From an uncultured delta proteobacterium (lineage in GTDB: Bacteria > Desulfobacterota > Desulfomonilia > UBA1062), in the NCBI GenBank assembly GCA_963752595.1, contig CAVVYZ010000001.1, positions 288,001 to 352,000 of the forward strand: a DNA stretch of 64,000 nucleotides, read 5' to 3'. The translations under genes were made by a program, and so were the position numbers. The notes below the pieces were generated by a model. It saw nothing but the letters and a program-made list of their open reading frames with translations, had not been told where the DNA came from and ran no database searches. Positions 57,330-64,000 of this stretch are shown in pieces. Positions within the stretch are counted from its first letter, which is position 1; each line of letters opens with the position of its first letter.

Positions 57330-58631
57330 ATGAGCGTAAAAGACCGATTGAAACGCCTGACAGGGGAGGTTAAGCAACCTCTGCAAGAAGTCTCCCAGCA
57401 AGAGATTATCAGCGAGCTGCGGAAAAAAATCGATACCATCATGACCCGGAGGGCGTCCTATCCCCAGCAGACGGTCACCTGCCGGCCGAAGGCCATACGG
57501 GCGCTTCACGAAGCGATAACCGGCGAGGAGGTAGCCAATGCCCATGGGAAGTGCTACTTCAGCCGCACCACCTATCACGCCCAGTCCTGCCACGGCTGTT
57601 ACCGGATCGCAGAGCTGACCCTGGCCGATATGGAGGCCGCGGCCATCCTCGCCGGGCATCCCGGAATAGGCTCCATGAACATCAGCGATGCCCTGTTCCT
57701 GGATACCGAGACAACTGGGCTTGCCGGAGGAACCGGCACCTTTGCCTTCCTCATAGGGATCGGGTGGTTCGAGGGCGAAGACTTCGTCGTATGCCAGCTC
57801 TTTGCCCGGGATTACCATGAGGAGGCCTCGATGCTGACCCTGCTCCGGGAGATTGCACAGGACAAGCGCTTCCTCGTGACCTTTAACGGCAGGGCCTTCG
57901 ACATGACGCTGCTTTCCGCGAGGTTCATCCTCAACAGGCTTAACAATCCCTTCATCGACATGCCCCACCTCGACCTGCTTTTTCCCAGCAGGCGCATCCT
58001 CGGGCACCGGCTCGAAAACAGCAGGCTCGTAACCCTCGAAAGCGAGATCCTGGGCCTCGTCCGCACCGGAGACGTACCCGGTTTCGAGATCCCAAGGCGG
58101 TATTTCGACTGGCTTCAAAGCCGGGACGCATCGCTCCTGGAGGATGTGTTCCAGCACAACCGGCTCGATATCGTGTCCATGGCAGCGCTCGTATCCCATC
58201 TTTCGGTCCTCCTCACCGGCGGATGCGACCGGCAGGATCTGCACCATGCCGATCTCCTGGCCGCTGCGAGGCTCCATCTCCACCAGGGAAGCTTTGAATC
58301 GGGCCTGGATATGCTCCGGTCCTTGATGGTCTCTCCCGACCCGCTCATAGCCCGTGATGCCAGGGTGGCCCTCTCGCTGGCGCATAAGCGCAGAGGCCTG
58401 TGGAAACAAGCGGTGAGCGTATGGGAGGAAATGATAGCAAGCGATCCTCACGACCTCTTTGCTGCGGAAGAGCTTGCCAAGTGGCTGGAGCACCGGGCGT
58501 ATGATTATTCCCGGGCAATCGGCATCGTGACGGCAGTGCTTTCCGGCCGCAAGGCTTTATCCCGGGACGAGAGGGAAGGCCTGTCCTATCGCCTCGTACG
58601 GCTGAGAAGGAAGAGCGGTGAAGCGCTATAA
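57330..58631 (+). CDS. RNase H-like exonuclease with TPR C-terminus (YprB/MrfB-like)
   Basis: FLDTETTGL, VTFNGRAFD, HLDL, HNRLDI, ELAKWLEH. Confidence 0.85.
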   Translation: MSVKDRLKRLTGEVKQPLQEVSQQEIISELRKKIDTIMTRRASYPQQTVTCRPKAIRALHEAITGEEVANAHGKCYFSRTTYHAQSCHGCYRIAELTLADMEAAAILAGHPGIGSMNISDALFLDTETTGLAGGTGTFAFLIGIGWFEGEDFVVCQLFARDYHEEASMLTLLREIAQDKRFLVTFNGRAFDMTLLSARFILNRLNNPFIDMPHLDLLFPSRRILGHRLENSRLVTLESEILGLVRTGDVPGFEIPRRYFDWLQSRDASLLEDVFQHNRLDIVSMAALVSHLSVLLTGGCDRQDLHHADLLAAARLHLHQGSFESGLDMLRSLMVSPDPLIARDARVALSLAHKRRGLWKQAVSVWEEMIASDPHDLFAAEELAKWLEHRAYDYSRAIGIVTAVLSGRKALSRDEREGLSYRLVRLRRKSGEAL

Positions 58632-58789
58632 AGCCGGCGCGGCTCCTTGTATGAAAATGATTTCTGACTGGTCTTATTTCTTTTCACATTTTCCCCACAA
58701 AAGGTTTCATGATATAAGAATCTGAAAACTGTTTTTAATTTTATGGATTTTACGATTTCCATTACGTAGTGTTAAGGGAGGATTCTTGT

Positions 58790-60925
58790 ATGGCAGGCCC
58801 AGAAAACCATCTCCATGAACGTCTTCGTGTGCTGGCGTATAACCTCTGGTGGACGTGGCATCCCGAGGTCATCAGCCTCTTCACCGACCTGGACCCGCAT
58901 CTCTGGCGGCAGGTCGAGCACAATCCCATTGCCTTTCTCAACCGGATCACCCCGGAGCAGATCGAGGACCGGGCCTCCGAGCTGGTGCTTCACAGCCGTA
59001 TCAACTATGCCTTCAGGCGTCTCAACGAGTATATGGAACCGGAGAAGACATGGGGCAATGTCCATGGCGGCAACCTCAACAACCGCCCGGTGATCTATTT
59101 CTCGGCCGAGTTCGGCCTTCATGAATCCTTGCCCGTCTACTCCGGCGGCCTGGGCATACTTGCCGGCGACCATCTGAAGAGCGCATCCGATCTGGGCGTG
59201 CCGCTCATCGGCATCGGGCTCCTGTACCGGCAGGGCTATTTCAGCCAGCGACTGAATAAAGACGGCTGGCAGGAAGAGGACTACAAGAATCTCGACATCA
59301 ACAACCAGCCGTTGAAGCTTGTTGCAGGCCCGGATGGAAAGCCCCTTATTATCCGGATCGACACCCGTACGACGCCTCTGCTCGCACAGGTCTGGCAGCT
59401 CCAGGTAGGCCGCGTCCGCCTGATGCTTCTCGACGCAAATATCGAGGGCAATTCCAACGAAGACCGCGATCTCACCTCCCGTCTCTATGGAGGCGACATC
59501 AAACTGCGCATCCGGCAGGAGCTGCTCCTGGGCATCGGCGGTGCGCGAATCCTGCAGGCACTGAACATTTTCCCCGGGGTGCTGCACCTGAACGAGGGGC
59601 ACAGTGCATTTGCCATTCTCGAAGAGATCAGGCGCACCATGGAATATGACGATATCCCGTTCCATCGGGCGCTCAGGCGCATATCTCTCTACACCGTCTT
59701 TACCACGCACACCCCTGTGGAGGCAGGCCATGACCGGTTTCCGTCCAATCTGGTGGAGGAGCATCTCGGCGTTTTCCGGGAGAGGCTCGGCTTGAACCAT
59801 GACGATTTCATGGCCCTGGGCAGGGTCAACCCTCAGGACAGGACCGAGACCTTCTGCATGACGGTCCTTGCACTCAGGGGCTCCCGCAGGGCCAACGGCG
59901 TTTCTGCAATTCACGGGCACGTGAGCCGCCTCATGTGGAAGAACCTCTGGCCCGGCAGGACCGAGGGGGAAGTACCTATCGGTCACATCACGAACGGCGT
60001 CCATGTCCTTTCCTGGCTTGCGCCCCAGATGCACCAGCTCTTCCAGACCCGTCTCGGTCAGGACTGGCCTACCCGCATGGTGCACTCCGATGTATGGGAG
60101 AATATGGATGATATCGACGACGGCGAGCTGTGGGAGACCCACCAGAGCTTGAAAATGCGGCTCATCCGTTTTGTGCGGCGGCGGCTGCACCAGCAGGCAG
60201 AGCGTCTCGGAAAGCGGGAAACCATAAAGCAGATCGAGCGGATCCTGGACCCTGAAATCCTCACCATCGGATGCGCCCGAAGGTTTGCGACATACAAAAG
60301 GAGCGATCTCATCCTTTCGCAGCCGGAACTCCTGGAAAAGCTCATCAATGATCCGAAAAGGCCCTTCCAGATCATTTTTGCAGGCAAGGCCCACCCCAGG
60401 GACGATCAGGGCAAGGCTCTGTTACAGCGTATCGCACAACTCAGCTGTGACAAGACCTTCAGGCGCAGGGTCGTTTTCGTGGAGGACTATGACTATAATG
60501 TGGCCCGCCACCTCGTGCAGGGAGTGGATGTTTGGCTGAACACCCCCAGGAGGCCTCTGGAGGCCTGCGGTACGAGCGGCCAGAAGGTTGTCCTCAACGG
60601 CGGCTTGAACCTTTCTGTGCTCGACGGCTGGTGGAACGAGGCATATGACGGCCGGAACGGCTTTGCCATAGGCCACGGCGGCATGCATAACAATCCGGAT
60701 GTCCAGTTCAAGCGGGATGCAGAATACCTTTACAAAACCCTCGAAGAGGAAGTGATCCCCCTTTATTACAAGCGGGACACCCAGGGCATCCCCTCCCTGT
60801 GGGTCGAGCGGATGAAGCATGCCATGAGGAGCCTCGGCTGGCGCTTCATCGCGGACCGTATGGTCAAGGATTATGCCGAGCGTTTCTACCTCCCCGCAGC
60901 AAGTTCTACATCTACGGAGGTCTAA
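58790..60925 (+). CDS. glgP: Alpha-glucan (glycogen) phosphorylase
   Basis: YSGGLGILAGD, HLNEGH, RRFATYKR, EACGTSGQK. Confidence 0.93.
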   Translation: MAGPENHLHERLRVLAYNLWWTWHPEVISLFTDLDPHLWRQVEHNPIAFLNRITPEQIEDRASELVLHSRINYAFRRLNEYMEPEKTWGNVHGGNLNNRPVIYFSAEFGLHESLPVYSGGLGILAGDHLKSASDLGVPLIGIGLLYRQGYFSQRLNKDGWQEEDYKNLDINNQPLKLVAGPDGKPLIIRIDTRTTPLLAQVWQLQVGRVRLMLLDANIEGNSNEDRDLTSRLYGGDIKLRIRQELLLGIGGARILQALNIFPGVLHLNEGHSAFAILEEIRRTMEYDDIPFHRALRRISLYTVFTTHTPVEAGHDRFPSNLVEEHLGVFRERLGLNHDDFMALGRVNPQDRTETFCMTVLALRGSRRANGVSAIHGHVSRLMWKNLWPGRTEGEVPIGHITNGVHVLSWLAPQMHQLFQTRLGQDWPTRMVHSDVWENMDDIDDGELWETHQSLKMRLIRFVRRRLHQQAERLGKRETIKQIERILDPEILTIGCARRFATYKRSDLILSQPELLEKLINDPKRPFQIIFAGKAHPRDDQGKALLQRIAQLSCDKTFRRRVVFVEDYDYNVARHLVQGVDVWLNTPRRPLEACGTSGQKVVLNGGLNLSVLDGWWNEAYDGRNGFAIGHGGMHNNPDVQFKRDAEYLYKTLEEEVIPLYYKRDTQGIPSLWVERMKHAMRSLGWRFIADRMVKDYAERFYLPAASSTSTEV

Positions 60926-61372
60926 ATAGGTCCGAAGTGGCGTACCGGATCATGAGCTCCCATAATTGTCCCGCCTGAACGGAGGCCAGGCAATCGCACC
61001 CTGGAAAGCACTGCCGCTGCCCTATCCGGTGCAAAGTGATAAAATTCAGTCCGAGGAGATACGCTCATGGGCGTGAATCTCATGGCACCCATGGACCTTA
61101 CACCTAACAGGGAATCAGGAAAGAGAAACTATATGTATATCCGGGCGTATTTGCCAAGTGTTCGGACTTCTTTTCCCGCTTCGTCCACATTGTTTCCGCT
61201 CAGGCCCGCTGAAGGTGGCTATTCTTTGAAAACATGATTTTTTTCTCCAGTGCAGAGGAATATCGGGCTATGCGGGCCGGCCGGTTCGGCTTTTACTCCG
61301 ACCCGTATTCCTTTTTGTATAACAAACGTTATTATTATAAAATGAAGTAATCCTTAAGAGGAGGATGTACCC

Positions 61373-62641
61373 ATGACTTACTGGTTTCAGGATCCGGGGA
61401 TCAAGTCCCTGCTCCCACTCGCCACTTCAACATCCATCAAGGGTCTGGCAACGTTTTTCAACATGCCGGCACTGGTGATCGGAGCGAATTCCCTGGCAGA
61501 GGCGTTCATGCCTCAGCCTTCGATCATCGATATTTTCACCACGCGCTGCACCACGAAGAGGAGCTTCTTCGTCACCGACGAGTTCAGCGAACGGTTTGCG
61601 AATAAGGCAGTGATGGTGCTCCAGGGGGCGGGTTTTACCACATGCATCTGGAACAAGGCCTTACCCGAGGCGCCCATCGACAATGTGAAGGAATGCGCTT
61701 CTGCGATGACCAAATTCGAGCCGGACATGATCTTCGCCGTGGGAGGGGGCTCGGTCATCGACACTGCCAAGGCCGCATGGGTTCTCTATGAGCGGCCCGA
61801 TATCACCGATCTGGGGCAGGTCCACCCGCTGGGGCTGCTCGGGCTGCGCAAGAAGGCCGGCCTCACCGTGGTGCCGACCACGAGCGGAACAGGCTCCGAG
61901 TGCACCATGGCAGCCGTGCTCCACGATCCCCAAACTCATCGCAAAATTCCCATTGCCAACGGCGACCTGTTCCCGGACCTCGCGATCCTGGACCCGGAAT
62001 TCACCGTGAGCATGCCTCCGAAGCTCACGGCAGGCACGGGCCTCGATGCCCTGGCGCATGCCGTCGACGGGATCATGACCCCTGCCTCAAACGACATCAC
62101 GGACGCCATGGGGCTGCGCGCCATAAAACTGGTCTTTCAGTACCTGCCGCGTGCGTTCCGCAACGGCAAGGACCGCGAGGCACGGTTCAGGATGCACATC
62201 GCTGCAACCATGGCAGGGGCCTGCTTCGGCCAGAACAGCTGCGCCTTGACCCACGGGTTCGGCCATGCCGTGGGCGGCCTCTTCGGCATCCACCACGGGA
62301 TCTCGGTGGGCATTTTCATCCCGTACGCCCTGCAGTTTTACCGGCCCGTCACGGAAAAGTTCCTGGACATCTGCGAGGTGCTCAAGCTCGAAGGAAGATC
62401 CACAGACGAGCAGTTTGCAGGGCTCGTACGCTCTATGAAAGGGATCCTCACGGAGCTCGATGTGCCCCTTTCCTTCAAAGGGCTGGGCATTTCAGAGGAT
62501 GATTTCAACAGCAAGATGGAAGAGATGGTGACGTTCGCCATCGAGGACATCGACACCTTCTTCAGCCCCCGGCCTATAACCAGGGCTGAGAGCGAGAAGA
62601 TCCTGCAGTGTGCATACCACGGGCAGGACATTGATTTTTAA
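61373..62641 (+). CDS. Iron-containing alcohol dehydrogenase
   Basis: GGGSVIDTAK, PTTSGTGSE, DALAHA, HGFGH. Confidence 0.92.
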   Translation: MTYWFQDPGIKSLLPLATSTSIKGLATFFNMPALVIGANSLAEAFMPQPSIIDIFTTRCTTKRSFFVTDEFSERFANKAVMVLQGAGFTTCIWNKALPEAPIDNVKECASAMTKFEPDMIFAVGGGSVIDTAKAAWVLYERPDITDLGQVHPLGLLGLRKKAGLTVVPTTSGTGSECTMAAVLHDPQTHRKIPIANGDLFPDLAILDPEFTVSMPPKLTAGTGLDALAHAVDGIMTPASNDITDAMGLRAIKLVFQYLPRAFRNGKDREARFRMHIAATMAGACFGQNSCALTHGFGHAVGGLFGIHHGISVGIFIPYALQFYRPVTEKFLDICEVLKLEGRSTDEQFAGLVRSMKGILTELDVPLSFKGLGISEDDFNSKMEEMVTFAIEDIDTFFSPRPITRAESEKILQCAYHGQDIDF

Positions 62642-62656
62642 GGGAGGTTGCAAGAC

Positions 62657-64000
62657 ATGTACGGATACCACGGACGTTTTCTGAAAGTGGATTTGGATAC
62701 GCTGACGAGTGAAGACATGCCCATCTCCGAGGATGTGTACCGGAAATATATCGGCGGAGCGACTCTGGCTGCACACCTCATCTACCCCTATGTGAAGAAA
62801 GGTATGGACCCTCTTGCGCCATCGAGCCCGCTGGTCTTCGCCACCGGGCCATTCACCCTCACCTCCATACCCATGGTGAGCAGGTATGCCGTGGCAGGCA
62901 TATCGCCGCTCACGGGCTGGTGGGGAGAAGCGACGAGCGGCGGCGCCTTCCCGTTCAGGCTCAAAGGGGCAGGGTATGACGGAATCCTCATCACCGGCCG
63001 CTCGGACAAGCCGGTGTATCTCTTCATCGACAAAGGCAAGGCTGAGTTCCGGGACGCTTCATCAATCTGGGGTAAAGGACACCTACGAGGTCCAGACTCT
63101 GCTTAAAGAACAGATCGGCCGGGCCGGGCTCGGCATGGCGAGCATCGGGAAGGCGGGCGAGCAGATGGTCAAGACAGCCGCCATCCAGAACGATGCAGGC
63201 CGGTCGGCAGGCCGCTGCGGGCTTGGCGCGCTGATGGGCTCGAAGAACCTCAAAGCCGTGGTCGTGTCGGGCAACATGCGGCCCGAACTCGCCGATCCTC
63301 CCCAGGTGACCGGGCTCGCAAAGGAGGCGCATGCGACCATCAAGCAGAATTTCATCACCATTGCCTATAAAGAATACGGCACGCTCCTGTATTCCGACAT
63401 GGCCATGACGCTCGCCGATGTCCCGGCCAAGTATTTCACCAAGAGCGTGTTCCCGGTTGAAAAGGTCACGGGCCAGACGTTGCGGCAGAAGTACCTGGTG
63501 GAGAACTATGCCTGTGCAGGATGCCCTATCGGGTGCGGCAGGGTGGTGACGGACCTGAAGACAGGCAAGACCATCGACGGCCCCGAGTATGAGACGACCA
63601 TGGCGTTCGGGCCCTTGTGCATGAACTTCGACTTCGATTCCATCATTGCATGCAACCATCTCTGCAACACGCACGGCATCGATACCATCGCTGCAGGAGT
63701 CTCCATAGCATACGCCATGTACCTCTATGAAAGAGGGGCTATTACCAAGGAAATGGCAGGCATGGAGATCAAGTGGGGAGATGCCGAAGCCATCGTGAAG
63801 CTGGTGGAGATGATCATCAAGGGCGAAGGGATCGGCAAGCTGCTTTCCCGTGGCACGCTTGCCATGGCCAGGGAGCTCGGCCGCGACGAGGGAGAGGCGG
63901 CACAGGTCAAGGGCATGGAGCTCCCCATGCACGACCCCAGGGCGTTCCACGGCATGGCCGTCTCGTATGCGACCGGCCCTCGGGGTGCCTGCCACCTGAA
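62657..64000 (+). CDS. Aldehyde:ferredoxin oxidoreductase (frameshift near 63080; 3' end outside window)
   Basis: KYIGG, SPLTG, AGRCGLGALMGSKNLKA, CAGCPIGC, GPEYET, HDPR, RGACH. Confidence 0.9.

Noticed and set aside
47293-60394. Long antisense ORFs (e.g. 47293-48534, 57300-58493, 58772-60394)
   Set aside because: Shadow ORFs opposite well-supported GC-rich genes.

Overview
A 64-kb bacterial chromosome segment from an anaerobe. The gene content (acyl-CoA/SCP2 lipid catabolism, formate channel, AOR/ADH, Fe-S proteins) suggests a syntroph-like deltaproteobacterium, which is an inference. Scattered single-base frameshifts look like long-read consensus errors. The centre is a type I-E CRISPR-Cas locus: cas3-cas8e-cas11-cas7-cas5-cas6e-[Bro-N gene]-cas1-cas2, then an array of 88 repeats of 29 bp (20716-27696, manual count). 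The main observation is that the third-from-last 'spacer' is a 1558-bp foreign segment (25988-27545) set exactly between two intact repeats. It carries a near-consensus sigma70 promoter, an RBS and a ~495-aa signal-peptide/Asp-box beta-propeller ORF. That ORF has no stop inside the insert, reads through the next repeat and stops in the next spacer. Other notable items: an IS110-family element inside a lipoprotein gene with candidate bridge/seek-RNA guide matches; a metallophosphoesterase-nucleotidyltransferase fusion; a ferredoxin-nitroreductase with an inserted GltD-like module; and an orphan HMG-CoA-reductase plus DUF2156 gene pair. All family calls come from motif recognition by eye, not from database searches.
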